Shown: positions 10,916 through 23,115, counted from the first letter of the whole stretch. The stretch is DNA of 63,670 nt, filler included, from Stramenopiles sp. TOSAG23-2 (GCA_900128395.1; 50 parts of 50 records of this genome joined end to end with filler, not necessarily neighbours in it); one strand, 5' to 3'. Translations and numbers: made by a program. The notes: generated by a model from the sequence alone, not told the origin.

Positions 10916-11579
10916 GAGATCACAGCAACGTGTGTTTATATACTTTATATTTATGTATGTGTATATACTGTATATTTATGTATGTGTATATATGTATTAA
11001 AAATATATATAATTTCTATCTACGAATATGTACCACAGGTAAAAGATGTGTCCGATATATGAATGGCAATGTGATTTGTTTAAATTATAAAAAAAAAAAT
11101 AAAAATAAATTATTATTATAATAACGTTTTTGAAGAACGCCTCCTGGCTATATATACCGGTAGATCTATATAAAAAATACAGTAATACGAGGAATGTACC
11201 ATACAGGTAAATAGCACAGGCACATGCCGCCTGGCCTGGTACTATTTATTACTGTAGCAATCGAATAATTTTTATTATAAGTCACATAATACTATTTAAG
11301 GTAATTAACCAACTAAAATAGACTAAAATTAAGCTATATAAAAATGTAGTGTAATAAGTATATAATTTAATTATATACTTCTTACATTATTACATTTTAT
11401 ATATTAGTAGTTATTTAACGATCAGTCTAATAATTACCTTAACTAGTAGCATGTGACTTATAATAAAAATTATTCGAANNNNNNNNNNNNNNNNNNNNNN
11501 NNNNNNNNNNNNNNNNNNNNNNTTAATTAATTAANNNNNNNNNNNNNNNNNNNNNNNNNNNNNNNNNNNNNNNNNNNNG

Positions 11580-12701
11580 ACGACGAGAAAAAACAAAAAA
11601 ATGACTGCATCGCAACAACGTAAACGTAGTCATTTTCATTATTTAGGTGGTAGTGTTTCGCTACAAGCAGAACGTGAACGTCGAATGGAATTGGAAGAAC
11701 GTTTAATTGATGCTAGGGAAGAAGTAAGAAAACAAGCACAAACATTACAACCAACTGTTGAAGCACTTGTTGGTGCAGTCCGCGCAATTGAACAAGGTGC
11801 AGATGAACAATTATTATTAGCTGATCAAACACAACAAACGTTTGAATCGTTACGTAATGAAATCTCAACTTTACGACATGAATTAAAAAAAGACACACGT
11901 AAAGCAAAGGATCATAGTAGAAAAGAACTTGATAATTATAAAAAGAGAATGGAGGAAACCATACAAAATGATCGTGAAAAATATACAAAACAAATTAATA
12001 GTTTAAAAGCGGAAATGGCATTATTACGTAGTGAATTTGTTGCCCATCGTGATACGGTGAAAGAACGATTAGATGTTATTCCAGAATCATTTGAAGAAAT
12101 GAAAAATTTATATCAATCAGGTGTTACACCATTAGAAGTTTCGATTAAAATGTTACGTGAAAAAGTGGATAGTATGGATAAAACCATGTTTAATATTGAT
12201 AAAGCACAATTAAAAATGAGATTAGCGATGAGAAGTAATGGTGGTGGAAGTGGAAATAATGATCAGCAAACAAATCATTCTGCTGCAGCACGTGATAAAA
12301 ATGGTAAATTAATGTTATCTGGTGATCCAACTATATCTGGCGGACCAATGCAAGAAGCACAACCATGGGAAATCTCAAGAGATATCAAAGCATTACGTAA
12401 AGAAATAAGTATATTAAAAGCAACAGTTAGTGATGGAAATAGCCATTTAAGGCAACGATTGGAAGATGGTGCATCTCGTATACGCGGAACCGTGGAACGG
12501 GTGGATCAACATCATGCTGAATATAGTGCTGCAATTGGTGAATTACAACAATTATTAAGTCGTGCAACAACAATTGTACGAAATGAATCAAGAGATATGG
12601 TTTATAATTTAAGAAACGAATTGTTACATGAGATTAAAAAAATGGACAATATTGGTGGCAGCAGACGTGGTATTGGAGAGGAACCAGAAGCGAAAGCATG
12701 A
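11580..12701 (+). CDS. Coiled-coil protein of unknown function (probably 5' partial)
   Basis: Long ORF of at least 366 aa, rich in E/K/R/L heptads. Confidence 0.75.
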   Translation, partial: TTRKNKKMTASQQRKRSHFHYLGGSVSLQAERERRMELEERLIDAREEVRKQAQTLQPTVEALVGAVRAIEQGADEQLLLADQTQQTFESLRNEISTLRHELKKDTRKAKDHSRKELDNYKKRMEETIQNDREKYTKQINSLKAEMALLRSEFVAHRDTVKERLDVIPESFEEMKNLYQSGVTPLEVSIKMLREKVDSMDKTMFNIDKAQLKMRLAMRSNGGGSGNNDQQTNHSAAARDKNGKLMLSGDPTISGGPMQEAQPWEISRDIKALRKEISILKATVSDGNSHLRQRLEDGASRIRGTVERVDQHHAEYSAAIGELQQLLSRATTIVRNESRDMVYNLRNELLHEIKKMDNIGGSRRGIGEEPEAKA

Positions 12702-12897
12702 AATAAAATAAAATGGGTGATGTAATTTAATTGGGTTTAAAATATGATACGAGTATATGTAANNNNNNNNNNNNNNNNNNNNNNNNNNNNNNNNNNNNNN
12801 NNNNNNTTAATTAATTAANNNNNNNNNNNNNNNNNNNNNNNNNNNNNNNNNNNNNNNNNNNNAAAAGAGAGATGTGTTATGAATATAGGATACTTAC

Positions 12898-12951
12898 CGT
12901 TCTTGTTTCTTCCTTTTGTTGTTGTTGTATGAACTGATCTTCTGTTTGCAT
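12898..12951 (-). CDS. Putative first exon (MQTEDQFIQQQQKEETRT)
   Basis: ATG, 18 codons, then a GTAAGT donor. Confidence 0.4.
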
Positions 12952-13686
12952 GGATCTATATATGTATTTGTATAAGGGCAAGCAGGTCATGCCACGCACA
13001 GGTTTTCTCAATTAAATTGTTGTTGTTGTGTAAAATTTTAAATTTTTTATTATTACCAAATATCCATTGTTTAATCTTATAAATATAACTTTTATTTAAT
13101 AATATCATTATCATAATCATATAATAGATTAATATACTAAAATATTAAAACATATTATATTCATTTATAAATTACCGATTATCCATGATCCCGCATCCAA
13201 CGATATCACGTATTTCCATCACAATCGTGTGTGATTGTGTAATTGATTCACACAGTCAAATTTTAAATTGGAGATTGGTATTCTAATTAACCATAAGTAT
13301 AAACATATATAGGACGATTTATTAGCATGTAAATAACATAAAGTGCTATTTATATATCCTAAATTGTGATTTAAGGTTTTGCATCGTAATGCATTGAAAT
13401 ATAGCCATATAAAATCCAGCAATCCAGCAATGGAAATCCAATACGAAATACGAAAATATCAACTTGTCAGATTTCATCTTCAGATCATTTTACAGCAAAA
13501 ATTTCATTGAACATTGTTCGGATATATATATAAAAATAGATATCACAAAATGGGAATGTTGGTAATTCAAGGCATTGAAATCATTGTTATAGTATAGGAG
13601 TATAGCCAGGAGCATTTGATTTCATCTTGTTTTCTGATACGTTGACATGTTAACATTTTGGATTCCGCCACTATTATGTCCAGGAA

Positions 13687-13726
13687 ATCTCTTATTATGT
13701 CCAGGCGCCTGGACATAATAAGAGAT
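13687..13726. repeat. Perfect 40-bp palindrome with flanking TATTATGTCCAG copies
   Basis: atctcttattatgtccaggcgcctggacataataagagat is self-complementary; the sub-motif recurs near 13672 and 13789. Confidence 0.9.
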
Positions 13727-14392
13727 ATTTTCCAGTTCTGCTAGCATGACACAGCGTTAGAGAACTCAGAAAACTCAGTTCTTGCTGTTATTATGTCCAG
13801 TTTGGGGGACATGATAATTATAATATTAGCACTGGTTCACCTTATAAATACCGGATAGTTTTAATAGTGAATATTGATAATTGATATGTATTTTAAGGAT
13901 AGTTTATTATCACACGTATTATTTTTAGTAGAATAGCAAGTATAAAAGAAATCATTCATTGTACCAGCAGTTTCTGATAGTATATATATAGCATTATAGT
14001 ATAGACACAGGCTGTGTTGTTCATTAAGCCTACACAGCATTAAAAANNNNNNNNNNNNNNNNNNNNNNNNNNNNNNNNNNNNNNNNNNNNTTAATTAATT
14101 AANNNNNNNNNNNNNNNNNNNNNNNNNNNNNNNNNNNNNNNNNNNNTGTGATGTATGATAAGTGTTTATCATATATGTGAACATGTTTATTCTGATTTAT
14201 CACATTATTTGTAATTATTATTATATAATAATAATAAAATAAAGGTGCATGCAAAGAAAGAAAGTGAGTGCTGGTGTGAGAATCGACACAAGTGCACAAC
14301 ACAATTTTGAACATTTTCGGCCTCCATCAGCACATCACATGCGCCTTCATTTTAATATATAATCTTTCATTTTCAAAAAAGGAGAACAAAAC

Positions 14393-15328
14393 TCAACTTG
14401 TCGTGCCAAATTTACGCGTCCATTCTTCAAATCTTTCTTTGCTTCCAACAGATGGTCGAACAACAGTTATTGCTTCTTCAAAATCGGTTACATCAATAGG
14501 CCTTACATCATCTGCTTCAATATTAGCTATTTCTTCTCCCAAACCACGCAATGGGCCTAATGCAGCTTCATGGCATAAAGCTTTCAAATCGCTTCCAGAA
14601 TAATTTTCCGTAACTTGGATAATCCAATTCAATTCATCTTCGGTAACTTCACAATTCTGCTTACACATCAAATTTTCTATAATACCTCTCCTAGCCAATT
14701 CATCTGGTAATGGTATATGAACCCGTTTTGCTAAACGTCGCAACACTGCTTCATCTAAATCCCATGGTCTATTTGTTGCACCAATAATTAACACATGACC
14801 TTTCCTTTCAGATGTTCGTACCCCATCGAATTGTACTAAAAATTCCGTTTTTAATTGCCTTCCACCATTATGCTCACTACTTTTACGTTTTGTTAACATG
14901 CTATCAATTTCATCAATAAATACAACGGACGGTGCTTTTTTATTTGCTAAATCAAATAATGCTCGTACTAATTTAGATGATTCACCAACCCATTTACTTG
15001 TCAATGATGAAGCAGAGATAGAGAAAAACGTTGCGTTTGATTCAGTTGCAACAGCTTTTGCTAACATTGTTTTTCCTGTACCTGGTGGGCCATATAACAA
15101 AACACCTTTACTTGGCGCGCGTATACCGTTGAATATATCTGGTCGTATCATTGGTAATATAACAGCCTCTTGTAAAGTATGTTTTGCCAACGTCAAACCT
15201 GCAACATCTTCCCATGTAACACCAGCTGAACCATGCATAATTTCACTATTAACAATTGATTCAAATTTAGTACTTTCACTGTTATCATTACTATTTCCAT
15301 TTCTATTGCTGTTGTTACCATATGATTT
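14393..15328 (-). CDS. Meiotic-clade AAA+ ATPase, spastin/fidgetin-like (5' partial)
   Basis: Walker A GPPGTGKT, Walker B FIDEIDS, GATNRPWDLDEAVLRRL, C-terminal EEWTRKFG. Confidence 0.92.
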   Translation of the reverse strand, partial: KSYGNNSNRNGNSNDNSESTKFESIVNSEIMHGSAGVTWEDVAGLTLAKHTLQEAVILPMIRPDIFNGIRAPSKGVLLYGPPGTGKTMLAKAVATESNATFFSISASSLTSKWVGESSKLVRALFDLANKKAPSVVFIDEIDSMLTKRKSSEHNGGRQLKTEFLVQFDGVRTSERKGHVLIIGATNRPWDLDEAVLRRLAKRVHIPLPDELARRGIIENLMCKQNCEVTEDELNWIIQVTENYSGSDLKALCHEAALGPLRGLGEEIANIEADDVRPIDVTDFEEAITVVRPSVGSKERFEEWTRKFGTTS

Positions 15329-15429
15329 NNNNNNNNNNNNNNNNNNNNNNNNNNNNNNNNNNNNNNNNNNNNTTAATTAATTAANNNNNNNNNNNNNNNN
15401 NNNNNNNNNNNNNNNNNNNNNNNNNNNNG

Positions 15430-15909
15430 GCATGGGCAATAACCATACATAAAAGTCAAGGAATGTCGATTGATCGCCTGGTTGTTGATGTTGAAGACTG
15501 TTTTGCGGAGGGACAAGCTTACGTTGCATTATCAAGAGCAACGAAAAAAAGTGGGCTACAAGTAAAAAATTTTAAGAACAGGTTCGTTTTGACGTCTGAA
15601 CTAGGATTGCAATTTGAGAAAGAGTATGTCGACAACGACTGTGTTGTCAAAACGAAAATACCATCATGGCTTGAGGTAGCAAATGAAAGTTGGGACGAAA
15701 TGAAAACGTTATTGTTAAATCGAGCAGATGCACAAGCACTCAGAACTTATCCAAAATGTTATTGCAAAGAAGAAAATTTATTTTGTCGACGAGTACAAGT
15801 AATCAAACCAGGTGAAAACCACGGAAGATATTTTTTCAGTTGTTCAAAAGGTAATCATCGTATTTTAAAAACTGCATGTAATTTTTTTAAGTGGGATCAT
15901 GCAGAATGA
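15430..15909 (+). CDS. PIF1-family helicase C-terminus fused to a GRF-type zinc finger (5' partial)
   Basis: AWAITIHKSQGMS...GQAYVALSR (motifs V and VI), then CYC...GENHGRYFFSC...CNFFKW. Confidence 0.88.
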   Translation, partial: AWAITIHKSQGMSIDRLVVDVEDCFAEGQAYVALSRATKKSGLQVKNFKNRFVLTSELGLQFEKEYVDNDCVVKTKIPSWLEVANESWDEMKTLLLNRADAQALRTYPKCYCKEENLFCRRVQVIKPGENHGRYFFSCSKGNHRILKTACNFFKWDHAE

Positions 15910-16098
15910 AAAGAATTTGTAATTGGGTACATGCATGATGTTGTAATAACACCACCTTATAATCAGTAATAACTTCGTTGTATATTAATAATAATAATAA
16001 ACGCGCGTATTCAGAGCTTTTGAAGACCTTCATATCTTCAAGTTAGTTGAAAAAAATAAAAAAAATAAAATAATTTCTCGTATATATAATATTATATT

Positions 16099-16610
16099 TT
16101 AAATCTTCGACTGTTGTATTTTCTTTTTTAATTCATATATTTTTTGTGATAAAGTATAATTTCTTCTTTCCAATTCTTTTAATTGCTCTTCATCACTTAA
16201 TACAACATTTTTTTCACTTCGTTCATATTCATCAATATGTCCTAATAAACGTTTATAATTTTCCACGGCAACTGCTCGTGCTCGCTTTTGTACAATTTCC
16301 AATAACTTATTACCTCCTTCGCCAAGTAAAGCAGCTGGTGATCCATATTGACTGAATCCTAAACCTTCAACCGTCGTATCATAACCGACAAGACGTTGCA
16401 TGTCTGGTTTCATTGTTGCCACCAATTCATGTTTTAATTGTATCATAAGATTTTCTTGAGGTCTTAAATTTCCTCGGCAATATTGAATGATAGCAGTGGG
16501 TCTACGTGCATTCACTTCATTAGGCTTTGTAATATTTGGTCCTTTACAATGCCACGTTGCACCTAACCAAAACACCGTACTTCCAGCTTTCATAACAGCT
16601 TGAACAGTGT
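16099..16610 (-). CDS. Phytanoyl-CoA dioxygenase (PhyH)-like 2OG-Fe(II) oxygenase (5' partial)
   Basis: MKAGSTVFWLGATWH..G.N...RR....QYC...LRPQEN...QRLVGY. Confidence 0.8.
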
Positions 16611-16710
16611 NNNNNNNNNNNNNNNNNNNNNNNNNNNNNNNNNNNNNNNNNNNNTTAATTAATTAANNNNNNNNNNNNNNNNNNNNNNNNNNNNNNNNNN
16701 NNNNNNNNNN

Positions 16711-17118
16711 CAGACTTGAGCTTCCAAAACTATGTGTACGGCTGTTGTTATTGCTGTTATATGACATTTCAGAATGATTTTGGTTTGCTTTACGAGTAGC
16801 AATTACTTGTCCTTTCAACAAAGCATTTGCTTGCGTGTCAGATAAATTTACAGGTTTTGACCTTGTTGCTGCTTTGCGTTCATTCATTCTACGTACATAA
16901 TCATTATGAAGATTTTCCATATGCTCTCCTTGAATGATTTCCCACGCTGCTTCTTTGCATCTAGCACATATAATTTGCTTTGGGTTATGTCTACTACGTT
17001 TTTTAAATGTCATGTGTTGTTTTACTTTATCTGGTATATGTTTTACTAATAAACCTTTTGCTTCTGCCCTTGCAACGTTTAGATCACCAACATGCATTTG
17101 ACATCCACCAAGTTTCAC
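16711..17118 (-). CDS. Hypothetical protein fragment
   Basis: About 135 open codons with CxxC (CARC); no clear start codon and no recognised family. Confidence 0.35.
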
Positions 17119-17992
17119 ATCCCATGGCCAAGGTTTGTTTTTCTTTTTCTTTTCAATATGGTATTAATTTCGGTCTCCCTTGTAAATTCATTTGTTATAC
17201 ACAATATAAAATAGTGTAATAATAATATTTATATATTTACTGATTTTATTTTGTCGTTTTTATTTCTTTGATCCATTAATCTAATACATGTGTACATATG
17301 CTTTTTGGTAAAATGTGTATGTTTGTATATGTTTAATGTGATGGATATATATATAGATATGCACATATATCTATATACTATATAAGAAATTTTTGTAAGC
17401 AGCCATAATTTTGTATATGTAACCGATAGAGAGGTTAAGGTCCGAAGAATTTTCTTTTTACCTTAACCTGGTTGGTATAAAAGAATGGAATGTGCCAAAT
17501 CTATATAAGTGCAAAAGTTTAAGTTGTTCGTTGTTATTGTTGTTGTTGTTGTTGGTTTTATTTTTATTTTTTTGTTGTCGTCTTCTCGTACATTTTTTTG
17601 TGTTATTTTTTATTTTATTTACGAGAGTAAAAATGAGATTTTAGAGCTTTAAATACACACACAGGGTAATTTAATTTGAACGTGTACTCGTATAATATTG
17701 AAATATGGTACTTTTTGTAAATCAGTTACAATCTTTGTCTCCCCTCCCTCCCATCAGTACGAAGTAAATATTTAATAAATTAATTTGTAAATTTTACGCG
17801 CGTTAAACTACTTTTACAAACGACTACTTCTTGCAACTGGCAATGGTAAAACTCTTTGACTTTGATAGACACTATTAAAACCAGCAAAGATANNNNNNNN
17901 NNNNNNNNNNNNNNNNNNNNNNNNNNNNNNNNNNNNTTAATTAATTAANNNNNNNNNNNNNNNNNNNNNNNNNNNNNNNNNNNNNNNNNNNN

Positions 17993-18653
17993 TGAAATCA
18001 TGAAATGAAAGCCAGAGTGCGTTGATGGCATCTTCTTGGCTTAAAAAATATTGAAATAAAATGTGGAAATAAATTTTAAAAATAAAATTAAATATTTGAA
18101 TTTTTGGAAGATCTCCTTTGTCCACATAATGGACCAGTAAACCTCTCATTTTTACCGATGCAGATTGTACTTCCTTTGCATTTTTGGGGTTGGATTTAAT
18201 TCCTAGTTGTTTTGCTTTTTTAAATATTGCATCTTGTTCAGCAATGTGGTAGTCATAGACGAACGCATCGTAGCGATTGTGGTAAATGGCTAGCTCTAGA
18301 TTTGAACAACCGCCTTTGCAATGATCAATAATGGAAACACTCTCTGGTTCATTTGTTAGCGTTTGGCGCGGGTCTTTCCACAGTGTATGTTTGTGGAAAT
18401 TAACTAACACTAAGTTTTGTCTTCGTAATTGGTGATTTGTTTTTTTTGTTGCCGAATTAGACAATGCGAATTTCGGTGCATGATGATGACTCATGGTGTT
18501 AGTAAGGTATTCACAACGATCTCGAAGTGTACAAGTTCTTTGTGGTCTATCTTTTTTTTCTAATGCTATTTGGTTATAATTGCATGAGACAGTACTACTA
18601 CTAGTAGCACCATTAAATAAATGTGAATGGTAAATGTCATTCATTTTATGCAC
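17993..18653 (-). CDS. Hypothetical protein fragment
   Basis: About 220 open codons in AT-rich DNA; no recognised motif. Confidence 0.35.
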
Positions 18654-19274
18654 TTACCAGCTGAAAATAGAAAATTTCCTGAAAAAAAAGCAATTGGTCT
18701 ATACAGGTTTTTTCGTATGTTATTGTTATATGAGTCAGAATAGTATTTTTAAGGTTTTATTTCTATCTATATTTCCACTGGATGTTCCAATTTTGTTACG
18801 ATCTTTATTCGTCAATGTTATTCTCTTGTAATATTTTAGCAGGGAGACAAGATGGATGAGAGCAAAACTTAAGGACTTGTTCAGAGGTAGGCTTCTTTGG
18901 GTGTCTCGATTTTCTAACAATGCTATTCCTATACTAATTAAGGAAATCGGGAAAAAATCAACCTTTTTTTCGTGTCCCACAATGCTGTGTTGATGGTAGA
19001 CATCCTCTGACCCGAGAGAGCTGGAGAGCTCTGGTGCTCTACGTGGTAGCTCTAGCCGGGCTATAACATTGTGCTGGTGGTAGTTCTGGCAAAAGAGTGG
19101 AATCTGGAATCCCTAACGCATATTTATTTGTACAGCAATGCTACACTCACAATTTACTATTTGAAGGACCCAATNNNNNNNNNNNNNNNNNNNNNNNNNN
19201 NNNNNNNNNNNNNNNNNNTTAATTAATTAANNNNNNNNNNNNNNNNNNNNNNNNNNNNNNNNNNNNNNNNNNNN

Positions 19275-20455
19275 ATTCCAGCTCCCGCGCATCGTAATTT
19301 TTCTCTGCTGGGCTAAGTGCTCGACTCGCGTACCACACAACATGTAGCTTCCCGTCTCTTCCTTTTTGGTTCAACGTTGCACCCAGGCCATGATATGATC
19401 CATCGCAGTGGATGTAAAACGGTTTTGTTACATTCGGGTGCGCCATTATTGGTTTCGACATTAACTTCTCTTTTAATTTCTTGAACGCCTCTTTCTGTGG
19501 TTTCTTCCACTGCTCTCGAAATTGTTCCTTTTTCATATTCTTCTTATCTAGTTGTCTTAGCGGTGCGCATAACTTCGAAAAGTTTTCGACGTACTCTCGA
19601 TAATACCCGATTTTACCCAACCAACTTTTCAATTCCTTTACTGTTGTTGGTTCCTTTGCGTCGCTAATCTTCTTTGCCTTATCTGGATCTGGAGATAGTC
19701 CTTTCTCCGTTACTATATTTCCTAAAAACTTTATCACGGTTACCTCCTCGGTCGTTTCCGCGGTTATTATTATTACGTCTTTTTGGACACTCGGAAGCTC
19801 TGTGACCCCACTGACCACATTCATGGCAATTTCCCTTAAATTTGCCATTTCCCTTATTTCTGTCATTTCCCGAATTTCCATTTCCGAATTTTCCTTTTCC
19901 GCGAGAATTTCCATTTTGGTTGTTCGACTTTCTGTTCAGTAATCTTGGACAGTTTTTCGACATCAACTTTTCACGTCCATCTCTACCCATTCCGGTATAG
20001 ACTTCATTCTTTCCTGGACAATTTCCCGCATTTGCTTGCACTGTTTTGTCCCACGTATTTCCTGCACAATACGGACATTCATGTGCTTTCGTAGTTGTAA
20101 TACCCCCAACCTTAGGCTTTCCCGATCCATCGGCTTCTTCCTCATCCGGACTCAAATTTGCGAGTCTCTGCGCAATCGTAGAGATTCGATTTTGCATCTC
20201 ATCAAGTTGAGAATCTCGATCATCAGTTTGAAAGATAATGCGAGTCATTTCACTGTATACCGCTCTTGAGGTTTTCGTAGAGTTTAATGATTTGGTATAA
20301 TATTTTAGGAAATTAACTACGTTATCGTTATATGCATCATCTGCCGTTTTTACATCTCTTAATAACGCTAACCTATTTTGAAACCATGCTACACAATCAA
20401 CCTCTCCTGGTTGCTTTTTTGTTTCGAAGTTGCGCTGCATTTTGGCTCTCACTAC
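19275..20455 (-). mobile_element. Ty3/gypsy LTR retrotransposon fragment: gag with CCHC knuckle joined to the RT C-terminus and RNase H
   Basis: gag frame has CHECGQWGHRASEC. pol frame has KFLGNIV...PDPDK...PTTVKELKSWLG.IGYYR, HCDGSYHGLGATL and YASRALSPAEKNYDARELE. Confidence 0.92.
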
Positions 20456-21867
20456 NNNNNNNNNNNNNNNNNNNNNNNNNNNNNNNNNNNNNNNNNNNNT
20501 TAATTAATTAANNNNNNNNNNNNNNNNNNNNNNNNNNNNNNNNNNNNNNNNNNNNATCTATATATATACTATATATCTATAATATATTATGTTTATATAT
20601 ATACAATATAAAAAAGTATTATGTATATATCTGAATGGTTAGTCCAGGATAAATTAATACATACATATTACATATTTATATATATTGCTTAAGTTTGACT
20701 ATTTTTCTTGGAGTTGTCCTGTCGAAATGTGATAGAAGAAATACAAATAACAATACGTAAATATTATACTAAATTGGTAATCAATAGTCTGTCCATGTTA
20801 AAAACGAAAGCTCAGGTGAACGAGAGCCCCCCTTTTTTTGATCTGGTGTTTCCTTTTTGTGGGAGTCAATCTTTATCTTTTTTCTATACCTATTACACTA
20901 GTAACAGCTAAAACGAAATAAGCAACTAAGCATGAAGCATCAATCGTGTTTTTTATTATGCGGGTTTTCCTATCAAGTTCGGACTCTGATACTCTGATAC
21001 TATAAGCCTGTGTGTGCGGCGGAGTTCCGAGTCTTCCAGTCTTCAATCTTAAAAAAACGAAACCCGATCCTGCCAGCCAAGACGACAGCATTCATATTCA
21101 TGCAGCATCATTTTTACAATAGCTACGCAATCAATCTCCATTTAGTGTAAGTTACACAGTCTTTTTTTTGTGTGTTAAATAACTTAACGATTTTTATATA
21201 GATGGCTTGGTATTTTTATAATCATATATATATGCTAGGTATTTAAAACCACACATATATTATCATTAACTTTTGTTTTTTAAGATACTAAAACTTCCTA
21301 TTATTATGGTTACACGTATCGCTTGTTGAGTTGAATAATATTATTGCATTGCTTACACAATACGACCGCTTTCATTACTACGCGATTACCATTGCATTCT
21401 GGCATTCCAGGCATTCTTCATCCATCATCATTCCAGCATTCCTGTGGCATTATTATTACTGTATTCCTGATAGCGCTATTTTGCTGGTTTGCCAGATTGC
21501 ACCTATTTTATTATTAGCTCTATCGGTTTATTAATACCAGAAGAATACTATTATTAATACTACTATATATACCACCTGTGATATTAATACCTTTATTATA
21601 GTCTATAGAAAACAATGTAATAATGAACACGCAATGAATTTATCTTGTACTATTTTTTATTTATACATTTCTCTGTTTGACCAATTTATGTATGCAGTAC
21701 ATAATATAATATAAGGATGGCAGATAGTTCAACAANNNNNNNNNNNNNNNNNNNNNNNNNNNNNNNNNNNNNNNNNNNNTTAATTAATTAANNNNNNNNN
21801 NNNNNNNNNNNNNNNNNNNNNNNNNNNNNNNNNNNTTAAATTACATATATATATATATATATTATAT

Positions 21868-23015
21868 TTATTTTGATGATACAAAACTATTGATAACTTT
21901 TTGTACATCACCTTGATGCTCATCCAACAATTTGATCAAAGCATCACGATTGGAAAAGCCCATTGCAGATAATTGATCAAGTTGCGTTTGGTACTTTTGA
22001 ACTTGCATCATGCTTTCAGCAGTAGTTGTAAAATCGTCGGTAAACGAACTGCTATGCAATAAATCCCATTGTTCATCCGGGTTGCTCATGCTAGTGCTAG
22101 TTGACGATGTTGTGCTGACAGCATCTGAATCCAATTTCGGAATGTTTGGAAGATTTGATACTTTTTCGACGTGTTCCAACGCAGTCACTTTTTTCTCTTC
22201 TTCTTTTGCTGGAATTGCAACAGCTTTCTTATGGACATCATCTTCTTGCTCACCATTTTTTGACTCTTCAACACCAATTGCAATATTATTCTCGGATTCC
22301 GGTAAAACTACAATTTCTTCTTCTTTCAAATCAACATTTGCTTCTTTCTCCATATTAGCAGACTTTTCTTCAGCAATTCTTTTTGAGTCTTCCTCTAATA
22401 ACTTGCCAATTAAAGCAGCAGTTAATTCGTCATCCGATTCCTTTCTCGTTGATGATGGAGCTGGTGGTGCTCCTTCCTTTTTCAAAACAACAGGCTTTGC
22501 AACAACTTCAGCTTCTTCTTTCTTCGCAACAGCAGGTTTTTCAAGAACCACCGTCATATCCAACCAAATACGATCGCCAAATGGGATATTGTTGGAATCA
22601 TGAAGACGCCAATAATGAATATAACGGCCTGGTTTTTCCGGTGCAATTGCATCAACAACTATATCAACTGTAGCTTTTGGTTCGACAATTGCAGATGGGT
22701 TCCATTGTCTTGTTTGAATGACGAAGTCATCGCCACCAACACTTTTGGCATATACTCCTTTTGGCCATGCATCTGCTTCTGATGGGTTAACCATTTTCCA
22801 GACATGCGTTGCTTTTTCACCGGGCAACATCGTTGATAAACTTACATGTTCTTCACCTTTCCCACCCTCAGCAGCAACAGCAAACTGTTCAACAAATTTA
22901 GCCCCTTGGACGAGCTGCATTTGGATCAACAACAACGGCTGCTGCTGGTTTTTTATTCAAATTTTCCGACGACGATGTATCGTTAAAAACAGGTGGATTT
23001 TGTTGATACATACTT
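21868..23015 (-). CDS. NBR1-like selective autophagy receptor (FW domain, LIR, UBA); 5' partial, frameshift near 22903
   Basis: FW domain THVWKMVN...WP...APEKPGRYIHYWRL...FGDRIW. LIR-like DEQWDLL. UBA QLSAMGFSNR...LLDEHQGDVQKVI. Confidence 0.85.
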
Positions 23016-23115
23016 NNNNNNNNNNNNNNNNNNNNNNNNNNNNNNNNNNNNNNNNNNNNTTAATTAATTAANNNNNNNNNNNNNNNNNNNNNNNNNNNNN
23101 NNNNNNNNNNNNNNN

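Noticed and set aside
17100..17195. In-frame TGA (selenocysteine or readthrough) upstream of ORF 16711-17118
   Set aside because: On recount the ATG...TGA frame differs from the ORF frame, which is closed by TAA.
19740..19914. N-terminal part of ORF 19219-19914 as real pol sequence or a programmed gag-pol frameshift
   Set aside because: It is the off-frame reading of the Gly/Asn-rich gag tail. A frameshift product would still lack the protease and the YxDD motif.
22010..22603. Long plus-strand ORF, and similar antisense ORFs at 14898, 48979 and 59137
   Set aside because: These are shadows of well-supported genes on the opposite strand.
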